Shown here piece after piece: positions 11,928 through 24,975 of a stretch of 64,000 nt of DNA. This stretch comes from the human T2T-CHM13v2.0 reference genome, Homo sapiens. Where the stretch lies: the NCBI RefSeq assembly GCF_009914755.1, contig NC_060942.1; one strand, written 5' to 3'. A program made the position numbers and the translations under genes. Each line of letters begins with the position of its first letter. The stretch's first letter is position 1. A model generated the notes under the pieces. It searched no databases, had not been told where the DNA came from, and saw only the letters and a list, made by a program, of their open reading frames with translations.

Positions 11928-12189
11928 TGTTCAACTTTATTTTTTAATGCAAATCTTTCTGTTGACTTGCGTCCTCCATGATGGCATCCTTGCATTCCTG
12001 ACTGAGACATGGACAGCTGGGCCATGGAGCTCCACCCACCATGAATGTCTGGGTGACAATGTAATGGGGTCCAGGTGAAGAAAGGCTCAGCTCTGTCAGG
12101 GCATCTGCTTTGTGCCCATGGGCTCCACCTTAGGAGGGCTGCCATCTTTGACAGCCAGGGCAGGGGGTGGCTTATGGTGGAAGAAGGGA

Positions 12190-12655
12190 CCCGTGTTTGG
12201 GTGGGTTCTCCAAGAAACAGACCCACGATGAGCTTACACATGCAGAGACTTGGCATGCAAAGATTTTGTTAGAGGAATCAAGGATGAGAGAAAGCAAAGG
12301 TGGGGTGGTGGTGCTGAGGAAGGCCGGGACCGGTCAGATGGCAGTGTGAGTGCGAGGCTGCATGAAGGAGAGAGGGTGGAAGCATCCCAGGCTGCTGTGC
12401 ACCCTCAGGAAGTTTCAGCAAGGCCACCAGGGAATTCGCGAGTCAAGTCTGGCCATCGGAGGAGTCCCGAGTCTCCCAGGAGCAGATCTGCCTCAGTTTC
12501 CCAGTCGCATTCAGTGGTTGGCTGAGAGCAGCTCACGGTGATGGAATCATGCACATTTGTGCCAGTGGATTTCAGAAGGCAGGAACTGGGGCCCCTGAGT
12601 CAATTTAGCCCCCTGGAGCTGGAATTCTGTGAGGAGCCTTCTCATGGCCACTCCA
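12190..12655 (-). mobile_element. LTR16-family (ERVL) LTR
   Basis: GGGTTCTCCAAGAAACAGAC...GGAGTCCCGAGT...CAGTGGTTGGCTGAGAGCAGC resembles LTR16A/B. Confidence 0.6.
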
Positions 12656-13037
12656 GGAAATGTTTGAATGAAACTTGTCACCACTTCTGCCACCCTGGTC
12701 TTTAACAGATGTGAAACAAGAGCATGACGACATGGACAAAACACCGTGGTTTGTCCATTAGCCACAATGTACTTAAGATGGAACCAATCATGGGCTCGTA
12801 GTATCTTGATTAAAGAAGGCTAATGCCAATGTTTCACATTGTTATTGTTTGGCACCTGGGATGTTTTTAACACCCCTGGGGCAATGTTCATACTCAGACG
12901 CTGGAGAGGTGAAAGGGATCTCTTCATTTTGCACGGTGGGACAGGAGAGATTATAAATGGGCAGAAGGGAAAGGACTCCTTGTACATAAACTAGGACATC
13001 CCTGTGTAGAGGTTCCCATGGACATCCCAGAGGGGCA

Positions 13038-13436
13038 GTGTCAGTTTGGGTCAGTCTACTTCTTAAGAAGCAGACACTAAGATGGAATTAGACACGCAAG
13101 AGATTGATTGACTGGGGGACACATCTGTGAAAGGTAAAGAGAACGCCTTCAGAGTACAGCTCAGACCTGATACCTGTGGGAGGAGTGAGGGGAGGAAGGA
13201 GGCCTGGGGAGGAGCAATCTCAGGGAAGCCCAGCAGATGGAGATCTTCAAGGCAAAGGAGCATTCACTCTGCTCAGTGATGGACTGGGAGCAGCTTGAGG
13301 AGTGCAGTGGGGGTGCTGGGGGCTCCCTGTGAGGGCTGAAACAGATCAGAATATGCAGAACGCAGTGCACCAGTTTCTCTCTATGCGGCAGGTTGCCTTG
13401 AAGGGAGATCAGAGCAGCGTACTTTGTAGCTGCACA
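13038..13436 (-). mobile_element. LTR16A-like LTR
   Basis: TGTCAGTTTGGG...AGAAGCAGACACTAAGATGGAATTAG...CTTGAAGGGAGATCAGAGCAGCGTAC. Confidence 0.7.
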
Positions 13437-14359
13437 GTATTCCCTCTTGGGGACATCTCTTTCCTCCCATTGCCTCCTTCTCCCTCTCCCCACACTGTGT
13501 AGCTCCTTAGTCTCTTCTCCTTCAGGCCTCAGCATCCCCTCTCCCTGGTCTGTCCGACTCTCCCCCACCTCAGTCTCCATTTGTGTCATGAAAAATCTAT
13601 GGGCCCCATCCAGGTGCACAAAAGTCACAGCCAGGCTCTCTCCTGCCCACTCTGCTGTGGAGGTGGAGGGGAGAGCCCTGAGCCCTGAGGATGGAGGCAT
13701 GGAGAAAAGAAATTAGGATGGTCTTGACTCAAAGTGACAGCTCACTTTTCTTTTCTCTTTCTGATTTTCCTTTGTCAGCCTTGGACATCTGAAAATAAAC
13801 TGGTCCTCTGGCACCATGAGGGTTAATCTCTGCCATTAACTTCCCCTGGCCTGCAAGAGATGTCCTTCCTGCAGGCACAACAGTGGGACAACATGTTGCT
13901 AATAGAGAGTCAGTAACCTGAATTGCATTACAAAACAGCTCCGGTAAATTAGCCTTGGGAAGTGCCCTGCCCACTTGCTGGGTATATTTTTGCTTGTATG
14001 TAGCAGGCAGAAGAGGGAAGGGCTGTCCAGCTCCCAAGCAACTCCCGAAACTCTGTCTTCCATTCGGAAGGCTGGACTTTGCATCACTCAACTTTGTTTC
14101 TTTTCACACATTCCCGATTCTAACCCTAAATAGATTTAATACAAAATAAACCCCACCCCAGATTAAAATAGTATATTATTTGTGCTTTATATGAGTCTCA
14201 GAAATTACTTTCAATAATCTCTGTATAAAGTTTTAAAACCCTAAACTAGAGTTAAACTTGTGGAAAAGAAAGGAAGAAGTGAATGGTTAACACCAATTCA
14301 CAGTAGGTATTTTACTTTGTAATAATACTGCTGAATTTCTTTCTTTACAAAAAAAAGCA

Positions 14360-14540
14360 TGCATTTATAATCCTTGATGATCACAACAACCCCTTGATAA
14401 TAAAATTAAGTTTATGACATGTATTACTGAAAACTTTAAAATGAGGCATCTAGAGCCCAGAGTGATTAAGCAACTTACTCAAGGTCACACAGGAAGTGAT
14501 TAGGAAAGCTGGAACAACTCTTTGGCCTTTTGGATCAGAC
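14360..14540 (-). mobile_element. MIR fragment
   Basis: GATTAAGCAACTTACTCAAGGTCACACAG core. Confidence 0.65.
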
Positions 14541-14969
14541 CTCTATGCTGAAAAAGAATCCTGAGTTTCAAGTCTGGAAGATGAGGAAGGAAGCCGTGAT
14601 GTTTGGAGACAGAGTGTGCCTTCTATAGCTCAAGATAAAATTCTGTTATAGGAAGAAGCTCAGATTTCTTAAATACCAAGATTTGATCCCAAGTCAATGA
14701 CCAATAAAAGCTTATTATCTGCAACCATGTCAGACTCTGGCCCAAGAGTTTAATCTTTCTAATCACATATTCTATACATTATTCGAGAAAGAAAGGTCCG
14801 GAAAAGCATCCCTAAAGACTCAAATATTCCAAGGAGCAAAAAATATAGATAAGACAAAGCTCCAAAGACTCCTAACAGTGGAAATAGCTGTCAGATGTTA
14901 TAGAGAAGGGAGCTGATGGGTTCCCACATGCTATTAACAAACCATGAAGAAGTCCCTTAGCCTTTGGAC

Positions 14970-15150
14970 CTGGAGTTCTCAACCCTGGCTGCACATTAGA
15001 ATCACCTGGGAAGCTTCTGAAACTCCCAATACCCAAGACATACCCAGGACCATTTATATCAGAATCTTCCAGCGATGGAAGCCTGGTGTTGGGAAGTCTT
15101 TAAGGCTCCCCAGCTGACTCCAATGTGTAGCCAAGGTTAAGAACCATGGC
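14970..15150. mobile_element. MER5A/B hAT MITE
   Basis: GTTCTCAACCCTGGCTGCACATTAGAATCACCTGGG...AATGTGTAGCCAAGGTTAAGAACC inverted termini. Confidence 0.85.
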
Positions 15151-15459
15151 TCTAGGACCTAACACATAAGTTGAATGAATAGACGGATGAATGAATATCA
15201 GCAACAGAATTGAAAAAAGAAGAAACAATTAAGAAACTAAATTTGATGTTATTTACTCAGATGGAAGACCCTGAGGTCCTCACTCAAAATGCGTATGCTG
15301 TTCACGCAGAAGCAGTTCTATGAAGTTTGGATGTCAAGATTCTCAGCTCACAACAGGGATGAGAAGAGAAGATGGTTCTCTGTGGAGCAGAGTCACCAAC
15401 AATAGCAGGAAGGACAAATGTGACAGCCTGAAAGACAAGTAAGAAATGCAAATCCTACT

Positions 15460-15859
15460 TCTATGGTTGAATGTGTCCCCCTAAATTCATGTGTTGGCAA
15501 CTGAATCCCCAATGCTAGTTTTGAGAGGTGGGTGGTGTTAATCACCTTTAAGAGGTGATTAGGTCATGAGGCTCTGCCCTTATAAATGGATTAATGTCGT
15601 TAGGGTGGGAGAGGGTTAGTTATCGCAAGAGTGGGTTCCTGATAAAAAAGGATGAATTTGGCATCCTTCCCCTTTCTCTTTCTCACATGTACTCTATTGT
15701 CCTTCCACCTTCCACCATGGGATGACCAGTAAGGCCCTCACTAGATTGTAGCCACCTTGACCTGGGACTTCCCAGCCTCCAGAATGTAAGAGATAAATCT
15801 TTGTTCTTTATAAATTACCGAGTCTTTGGTATTCTATTATAACAACACAGACTAAGACA
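15460..15859 (+). mobile_element. MSTB/MSTC-like MaLR solo LTR
   Basis: CTATGGTTGAATGTGTCCCCC...GGACTTCCCAGCCTCCAGAA...TTCTTTATAAATTACC...GACTAAGACA. Confidence 0.85.
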
Positions 15860-16977
15860 CCTATAAAGCAGGAGACAGAACTCAGCGAAGAGTTGTCTGG
15901 GGCCCTTTAATACCAGGGTAAACTGACCTGCCCAGCCCAGTTTCCCTGGAGGCGTCATTGTATTAGCAGAACAGTGCAGTTAATTGGTGTTCGGGTGCCT
16001 GAGTCACCCAGCGGAGGCGAAGTTCTGTTCTCTCTACACTGTGTAAGAACTCACAGGAGGATGGGCAGAGCACTCGACTTCCTCAGCACTGGCTATCACA
16101 GACTGCCCTTACTAGAACTGCGTCTGTTTTTGAAAGCCTGGGTGGGTTTAATAGTTGGTAAAAGCAGCATGTTAAAGTTGGCAGCAGAAACTGCCTCCTA
16201 AGAGAATCACTTCCTAAGAGGGGAATATGAAATTTCTCATTGAGGCAGGCTGTCCCCTTCTGTCCCTTTGTCAGGGAAAGCCTCTCTCTGGGGGAAAGCA
16301 AAGGTGGAGCTGGGGTGCATAGACCTCTGTGGAGAGAAAACCTGAATTTGGCAAAGTGGTCCTCTTACAGATTTCTTAGTCTGAGGAGTTAAGCTTTTTC
16401 TTGGTTTTGCAAATTCAGTGTCTCTTTTGGCAGACATTTGTTATTAGAAGAGATCTGTACTTTCTCAGCAGGGAGTGACATTGCTCTGTGTCCTTAAGAT
16501 ATTGCCTGTTCTAGGGAGTTGGGTATGTTCTCCAACAAGCTGGAGACCTAGATCTGTATTTCCGTGGGAACAGGAGGCCTCTGCAGACTTGAACTTGACC
16601 TCACACTAAAGGAAAGCCTGTGCGAAGGAAGAGGACAATCTTAGAGGCAGTCATTTAAGTCTGAGTGCCCCAGAACACAGGGATGTTGGGTGGCTACTTT
16701 CTGGTGCCATTTCATTTGTCCCACTCAAGGCCATAATGCAAGCTTGGGGAGGAGGAACTCCCCTGAGAAAAGAGACCATCCCTGCTGATAATCCTACTAA
16801 CCTGATTCTAGGTCAGTAAATGAAAACTTGAAAGGTGAATTTCAGACTGGAGAAGGCAGCGGGGAAAGGGACTCAAGTCCGTTTTTCTCGGACCAATGGC
16901 AGTGTATGGTAATGTGGGGCTAGCCCTGACATCGGGAAGACAGTTAAGAGCCAAACATGGTGAGGAACTCTGGGGCT

Positions 16978-16994
16978 GGGTCAAGGCTGGGTCA
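16978..16994 (+). promoter_or_regulatory. Consensus DR5 element (RARE-type)
   Basis: GGGTCA-AGGCT-GGGTCA; motif match only. Confidence 0.3.
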
Positions 16995-17200
16995 AGGCTG
17001 GAAGCTCAGAGCCACATCTATTTGGAAGTATCAGCTGTTCTTTGGGTTGTATTTTCTTTTTTCTGTCCCCTGAACAATATATCAAGGAAGTTTGGCTGCA
17101 AGTAACTGCCTGGTCCCTGAGATGCTTTGGGGAGAATGGGGAAGGCAGGTCTGGAAGGGAGCACAAAAGATGGCAAGAGAGTTGCTATGAGCAGGGGTCA

Positions 17201-17214
17201 CCAGCAGAGGGCAG
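17201..17214 (+). promoter_or_regulatory. CTCF core motif
   Basis: CCAGCAGAGGGCAG matches the CCRSYAGRKGGCRS core; motif match only. Confidence 0.4.
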
Positions 17215-17489
17215 AGGGCAGAGGTGCCCAACGGAGCAGAGAGTGCTCAATGGCCATGGGCGGCAAAGGGTGCAGTGGGGTCGCAGTCAAAATGCAGGCT
17301 GAGGGGGACCTGGGCATGTGGGCAACGGCATCATGGCGCTCACAGAACTCTTTAGAGGATACACTGAAGGGCACCAATCCCTGACAATTAGCAAGTCAGG
17401 ATCGAAGCCAACATAATTCGAGTATTTCATGGAAACAATATCTAACTACAAACAGCTGGGTCTTCAACAGGTGGGAAACACTGGGAATT

Positions 17490-17695
17490 GAAGACTTGTG
17501 TTCAGAAATTCTATCTACCAGCTCCCAGCCATGGGACTTCAGGCAGTTCCCCTGCGCCACCCAGTCTCGGTGCCTCATACGACAAACAGGTGCCTGACAT
17601 TTACCCTACAGACCTCTTGAGGTTGTTGTTTTAAGTAGCAAAGGCAATAAAGCTCACGTATATTTTGTAAATGGTAAAATACTTTGCAGACTTAA
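17490..17695 (+). mobile_element. MIR fragment
   Basis: Degenerate MIR core and 3' tail (TTTTGTAAATGGTAAAATACTTTGCA). Confidence 0.5.
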
Positions 17696-18227
17696 CACAC
17701 TATTTTATCTTGGAAAGTTTTTCCAACTGAAATGATGAACCAGGTTAAACATTTTTTGACTTTTACCTGTGATCCTAACAGGCACTCTGGGGGATTCTAT
17801 CTGGCAAGTGTGGGAAACACAGCTGGCATCTCTCCTGGTCCACTGGCCTCCCATGGGGGGAAGGACAGTCCCTAGGAAGCAGCCCATGGATATAGGGAGG
17901 AGGTGTGGGGTGGCACACTCATCTCTGACTTACAGGAAAAACAGAAACTTTCTCTAAAGCAAATAAAATGCAGAAAATGCAGCTCAGCATATAACCAAGA
18001 TAACCAAGCAGAGAAAAATATTTAAGTCACAAATTGGCAGTTTAAGGAGTATCAGCATTCTGAGGGAAAATTCAGGAGACAGCTGATGAATCCACAAGTT
18101 CTTACTCAATTAACTTTAATTGGCTAGTATCTGATAGGCAGCTGTTTTAGGCAGGGCACGATGGAAGTTATAATGTTAAACAGAAATAGATGTCAGCTTT
18201 GCCCTTAGGGAACCATATATATATATA

Positions 18228-18546
18228 TTTGTTTTTGTTTTTGTTTTTGTTTTAAGAGACTGGTCTTGCTCCGTCATCCAGGCTGGAGTGCAATGGCATC
18301 ATTATAGCTCACTGCAGCCTCGAACTTGTGGGCTCAAGCACACTGCAGCCTCGAACTTGTGGGCTCAAGCAATCTTCCTACCTCAGCCTCCCAAGTAGCT
18401 GTGACTACAGGTGTGTACCATCACCCCCAATTAATTTTTAAAATTTTTGTAGAGACAGAGTCTTGCTATGTTGCCCAGATTGGTCTCGAACTCCTGGCCT
18501 CAAATGATCCTCCTGCCTCAGCCTCCCAAAGCACTGGGATTACAGG
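18228..18546 (-). mobile_element. AluJ with a 31-bp internal tandem duplication
   Basis: Antisense Alu with (TTTTTG)n tail. Confidence 0.93.
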
Positions 18547-18627
18547 AGGAGCTGCAATTTTTGAGAGAGAAAAATTGACATGTGCAAGAGCAGCAACAGG
18601 CCAAACATGAGCCATGAGATCCTACAC

Positions 18628-18865
18628 CTATACCATCCAATATGGGAGCAGGCCATGAGCCACATATGGGCAGTGAACTCTAGAAATTCAGGCCACTTTG
18701 AGAGGTGCTGCACATGTAAAATACACTCCAGAGTCCAAAAGCTTGGTACAAAAAAAGAGAATGTAAAATGTCTCATTAATCAATTTCACACTGATTACAT
18801 GTTGGAGTGATATTTTTAGTATATTGGGTTAGATAAAAAATATTAGTAAGTTTTTTTTAAAAAAT
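18628..18865. mobile_element. MER33-like hAT-Charlie fragment
   Basis: TCCAATATG...GCCACATATGG...TGTAAAATACACT...GAATGTAAAATGTCTCATTAAT...GATTACATGTTG. Confidence 0.75.
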
Positions 18866-19354
18866 GCTTTTCATTAAACATCAGTTATCTGATACATTTA
18901 TTTATGTGGGATCCTCCTACCCAAATAAGCTTTAATTAGATGTTGTTGTGCTCCTGTTAAATTCAATTCTGTGGAGTTTAGCACCACTGCCAAGAGCCTC
19001 CTTCTTAGCACGTCTCTTCTTCCTCTTTAGCGGCAGTTCTCAAAATGTAGTTAGAAGGCAGAGACTCTGTTTTCACCTGAATTTAATCTAAATCTGATTC
19101 CAATCAAGATCCAGATAAAATGCTTGTTACTTATCTCAGCAGCTAGTTTCCCAGATTCAGGGAGTAACATAAAACACCTGCCTAGCAATAGCAGAATTCT
19201 AATGTTTTGAATGCCTTGGGCCAGGGACACTTTTGTCACTATTCAGTTTCAGCCATCAATGAAAACTCCTTCTTCTTAGCTACCTGGTATGGACGGTTGA
19301 CTAACTGGTTGAAAAACAGTCAACAGTCTGGTTAGCGTCTTTGAAGCTTCCTGA

Positions 19355-19799
<445 letters not shown>

Positions 19800-20354
19800 T
19801 AAACGTTGCTATTCTTTAGAAAAGCTAAAGTCCAGCCCCTGAAAGAAGCCTGGAGGCTAATGTTTTCTCTTTCAAATGGTTAGTGATGAAAACTGAACCC
19901 TTTGGAGATTCTGATTTTATTCTGCTTATAAAAGCTAAACTTGAACTTCACTGGATAGGGTGGATTGTATGCAGGTCCTGATAAAATCCCTACACAATTT
20001 CCCTCCCTTCTAGGCTGACCTGCCGTGCCTGCAGCCCACAAGCCACCCCCTTCTTTTCCCACGCATGGCCCAAAGCTACGAGCTCTCAGAGTTTTTCCTT
20101 CTTGCAGCACGAGATGACACAAAGATAGGTTCTGGCAGTTGCAGGTACGTTCACCTCAGCAATTCTAGAAAATGCCTTGTAATTACTAAGCAGAAAGCAC
20201 ACAATCTGAGGGGGCTGGAGAACTAAGTCTTCACATAACAAAATCTGCTTCTATATGGCATTTTATATCTTCCAGTGTGATGGGGAAATGGGAACGCTTT
20301 GAACAGCTGACCAGATGAATTTTAAACAAGAATTGGTAAAAATTGGACTATTAG

Positions 20355-20880
20355 AGATTTTGAGCATTTTCTTGTGGATTTATTGGCCATTTGTGCATCT
20401 TTGTGAAGTGTCTGTTGAGGTTTTTTTCTGCCATTTTAAATTGGGTTGTTTGTCTTTTTATTGTTGGCATGTATGCATTCTTTAAAAATTGAGATGTAAT
20501 TAAAGCCTAAAAGCATTCTTTATATATTTTAGATACAAGTCATTTGCGAAATATATGTGTTCCAAGCATTTTTTTCCCAGCCAGTGGTTTGTCATCTCTT
20601 TTCATGAGCTGAAATTTTACATTTTGATAAAATCCAATTTTTTTTATGGTTAGTGCTTTTTGTGTTCTGTCCAAGGACTCTGCCCACCCCAAGGTCATGA
20701 AGTTATTATGCTTTATTTGAGTAATTTTGTGGCTGTGGTTATTACATTTAGGTGTATGATCTATTTTGAATTAACTTTGATAAATGGAGTGAGATAGGGA
20801 TTGGAGCTCATTTTTTTCCACACATATATCCAGTTGTTCCAGCAATATTGTTAAAAAGACTTTCCTTTCCCCATTGAATT
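20355..20880 (-). mobile_element. Old L1M ORF2 fragment
   Basis: TTGAGCATTTTC...TTATTGGCCATTTG...TATCCAGTTGTTCCAGCA...CCCCATTGAATT antisense L1 motifs. Confidence 0.85.
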
Positions 20881-21400
20881 AGCACCAACAACTGGAAATA
20901 ATCCAAATGTCCAGATATAGGTAAATGGATAAACACATTTTAGTCTATTCAGTGGAATAATGGAATAATAAAATACATTCCATCATTGGATTCTAATTCC
21001 AGTAATAGAATACATTCATGGAACAATGAAATATATTCAGCAAATTTTTTTAAAAAGCAAACTATAAATACATGCAACAAGCTGAATGAATCTCAAAGAC
21101 ATTATTTGAATGAAAGGAGCTAAAAGCAAAAGAGTTCTTACTGTATGCTTCTACATACATGAAATTCTAAAACAGACACAACTGATTCTATAGTAACAGA
21201 AAGAAAATCAGCAGTTTCCCGGTTGAGGGTAGGGATGGAAACTTTTCTGGCACGATGAAAATGTTCTATATCTTGTTTTGAGTGTTGGTTACATGGACAT
21301 TTACAATTGTCAAAGTTTATTTGTCTGAAACATCTAAGGGCTACACGTTTCACTGTGTGTTAATTACACCTCCATTTAAAATATATTAAAGAAAAAAAAG
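20881..21400 (+). mobile_element. L1ME/L1MD 3' end
   Basis: AACTGGAAATAATCCAAATGTCC...ATGAATCTCAAAGACATTAT...GATGAAAATGTTCTATATCTTG. Confidence 0.85.
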
Positions 21401-23131
21401 GATTAGAATGTGAACCTTCCTGGACTGTACCTTACAATAAATAGCGAAATTCCTCTCTCTCCGCAGATGCCTTGCTGTTGGAGGCTGGGAAAGGAAGATG
21501 AAATGTGCAGAGCCCTTGACTTCTCCCTTTTCTTAAGACTGTGGGATAAATTTTTCAAAACATTGGCTAGGAGACTTGCATTCAAAACCAGCTGAGTAAA
21601 TAATGGGGCTTTGGTGAGTTGTTTTTTCCCTTCTGTGTTTGGAAATTTGAGCCTGGTGTATCTTTTTCAAGCACATCTCATTTAGAGGATAATTTACATT
21701 TGCACAAAATCATGGCTACAGCCCATCTGCTCAACGATTATGTAAGATCCAACACTCATTAGAGTGTGACATGCATTGATCTTAGTGAGCATATGAACTT
21801 GTGTGCTTGGGATTCAAGTTCTTCTAAAATAACTTCCAGCACCAACCAGCTACCATAGCCTGTTGTTTCTGACATTTTCCTTGGAACATGACAGTTAATA
21901 TCCATTTGAAAGAAACTAAATTATTGGGGGGCTTTAAATTCCTAATGGCTATAGCAGATTTTCTGGTAGAGTTAAGCAAGATTGAGTTGGCAGTTGTGAA
22001 AGGGCGGAGGCTAGAAGGAGAGCTGTTTGTTTTTTGTACCTGATGGTTTTATCACCAAAGAGTATTTGTAATAATGAAACAGCTGGAGCAGTAACATGAT
22101 TCATATTAATATATGCATGTAAATGGGTTAGGAATGGAATTAACATAATTTCTGTGCTCTGGTTTTCCCTTAGAAGTGGAGACTACTGGTTTATTTACAG
22201 TCTGCAATGAGCACAGCCAGGCAGTTCTGCTGCTGGACAGATGGCAGGGAAGGCCAGGCCATGTGCTGTGGATCAGGGGGTGAATGTGAACATGACGGTG
22301 GATGGCACAGCTCTGCAAAGGGGCTGGCCAGAAGCAGAGAGCAGATGAAAACAAAGGTTCCTTTTGTCTCCCAGAGTTCTTAGCCCTTCCCATTTAGTCC
22401 CTTTGTCCTAGTTCCTCCTGCCAGGGCTTTGCAGAGAAGGGGAGTGGGGAGATACAGGGAGAGGCCAGGACCAGGGGTTCCAAGGCAGAACCTCGTGGGA
22501 GGAAGTGACCAGAGGAGGGGCTGCAGTCACTAGACTCAGGGCACTGGCAGGAAGCAGGAACTGTGACCAGGTGAGAAGGTGGTCTCAGAGACACTGGAGA
22601 GGAAGGACAGGTCGAGGAAATGGTCCACAGGCCAGTCAGCCTCTCAAAGCTGAGGGAGGCAGGCAGTGAGAGGGCCCAGGAAACACCCTGCTATCAGGAC
22701 AGAAATCTGGCCGGGGGACAGGAAGTTGAGTGTGACGCACCAGGAGACTTTGAAGCCTGTGATACCAAGAGGAAATCCTAGGCCATTTAGCAAAGAACAG
22801 AATTTGGCCCCACGACACAGAGGCCCTTGGGAGGAAAGTGAATGCCTAAATAGAAAACAGGCCTGGGGAGGCCACTATAGGGTGGTCTTCTGTATTTTTT
22901 CCCTCTCCGTTTTCCATTATAATTCATCTCCTTCCAAGGCCAGGTTCACTCCCACGATAAGAGAGGCAAAGCCCCTGGTCAGAAGGGAAGAAGCCTCCAT
23001 CCCCAGCCCATGTCTGTCTGTCTCATTTGTGTGTGTGTGTGTCTTGGGGGGAAGTGAATGGAGAAAGATACCGGAAGTATTACAGTGATGGTTGTCCCCC
23101 ATGTGGGAACATGGAGTAAGAGGGAAAGTCA

Positions 23132-23935
23132 TTTGAGGAACTGCCCAGCTGTTCTCCACCATGGCTGCACCATTTACATTCCCACTAGCAATGTATAAGA
23201 GTTACAATTTATCCCCATCCTCACCAATACTTTTTATTTTCTGTCTTTTTCATCTTAGCTATCCTCATGAGTGTAAAATTGTGAGTTTAATTTATATTTT
23301 TCTAATGACTAATGATGCTGAGCATCTTTTCATGTGCTTACAGGCTATTTATATATCTTCTTAGAAGAAATGTCTGTTTAAATCCCTTGCTCATTTTTAA
23401 ATTGTTTTTTAAAAATTGTTAAATTGTAAGAATTCCATGTATATTCTGGATACAAATTCCTAGTCAGTAGACAATGTGCAAATATTTTCTTCCATTCTGT
23501 GGGGTGTCCTTTCACTTTCTTGGTAGTGTTCTTTGAAGCACACACATTTTTAATTTTGAAGGAGTCCAACTTAACTATTTTTCTTTGGTTGCTTGTGCTT
23601 TAGGCATCACATCTAAGAAACCATTGGCTACTCCAAGGTCATGAAGATTTATGCTCATGTTTTCTTCTAAGTGTTTTATAGTTTTATCTTTTACATACAG
23701 GTCTATGATCCATTTTGTGTTAATTTTTGTATACAGCGTGAGATGGAGTTGAAAATTCATTCTTTAGCATGTGGTTATGCAGTTGTCCTAGCACCATTTG
23801 TTGCAAAGACTCTTCTTTCTCCATTGAATTGTCTTTGTGACCTTGTCAAAAATTAATTAACCATAAATATAAAGATTTGTTTCTGGACTCTCAATCCTAT
23901 TCCATTGATCTATATATCTATCCTTAGGCCAGTAT
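23132..23935 (-). mobile_element. L1MB/MC ORF2 fragment
   Basis: TTACATTCCCACTAGCAATGTAT...GATGCTGAGCATCTTTTCATGTGCTT; minus-strand ORFs with L1-like peptides ([15 protein letters not shown]). Confidence 0.9.
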
Positions 23936-24496
23936 CTTCCAGAGGCAAAAGATCATCAGGGTGGCTTTTAGCAGTGGGAATCCCAGAAGAGCCCACAAGG
24001 CACCCAATAGACACAGTCGTTTCAGAGAGTGCAAAGCCAGCTCACATGGTACCAGTGAAGGACCCTACAGGTGCTAGAGGATTTCTGGATGCACCATGAA
24101 AAGGGGACAGGACCCTTAGAGGGGAATAGAGTAGACTTTTTTCTTTACTCCCCATTACCAACAAGGTGGGGGCAAGCCTTTGCACTCAGCAGTAACTTGA
24201 GCACATGAGTTTTGCCCTAGACATTCTAAAGTGTTGTTTAGTGACATAGAGGATATGTATAGGACTTGATTACAGTTTTGCTTTGACTCTGGCCATAAGT
24301 ACTTTTCTGGCTACATCTTACTCTTGCACTTGTCCTGCCTTGTCTTCCCAGCAGATCTCAGACTCTCTATGCCTGCCTCTCCCTGGCTCCATGTTGCACT
24401 GGGGTCCACAGTTCAGCTCAGCCAGGGTGTGTGATGGCCAACTCTCCTCATGCCTCCAGCCCTCCCTTGACCATCTCCACTCTGATATTCCCAGAG

Positions 24497-24975
24497 GCAC
24501 TGGTTTCCTGGGGCTGCTGTTAGAAATTACCACAAACTTAGTGCCTTAAAACAACACAAATTTATTCTCTCACAGTTCTGGAAGTCAGAGTTTGAAATTA
24601 GTTTTATTGGATGAAAGTCAAAGTGTTGGTAGGGCTGGTTCCTTCTGGAAGCTCTAAGGGAGAATCTATTTCCTTGCCTTTTTTACTTCTAGATGCCACC
24701 TACATCCCTTGGCTCAGGTCCCCTTCCTCCATATTCAAAGCGGCCATGAAGCATCTTGCTTCTATAGTTGTATGTCTTCTGTCTTATATGGTCAAATCTC
24801 CCTCTGCCCTCCTCTTGTAAGGACACTTATGATTACATTTAAGACTTGGATAATCCAGGATGATGTCTTGATCTCCAGCTCAACTTAATCACACCTGCAA
24901 AGTCCCTTTGCTATATAAGGTAACACTCACAGCTTCTGGGGACTAGGACAACAGGGCATTAGTCAGCTTTCCACA
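24497..24975 (-). mobile_element. MLT1D-like solo LTR
   Basis: AATTACCACAAACTTAGTGCCTTAAAACAACACAAATTTATTCTCTCACAGTTCTGG...AACTTAATCACACCTGCAAAGTCCCTTT. Confidence 0.85.

Larger units (their letters stand above)
9770..12005 (-). mobile_element. Decayed hAT-Charlie-type DNA transposon with transposase C-terminal remnant; boundaries approximate
   Basis: Minus-strand peptides D*VTNP, LIELSTD (10917-10937) and LFPPTYLCKPMFT (10799-10837) resemble the Charlie/Buster hAT dimerisation region (WVRNPF...LIELS.D...LLPFPSTYLCE..FS). Confidence 0.65.

Noticed and set aside
13161-13700. Longest ORF in the window (179 aa), and 34197-34691 (164 aa)
   Set aside because: No recognisable domain; the first overlaps LTR16A; lengths are compatible with chance in GC-richer DNA.
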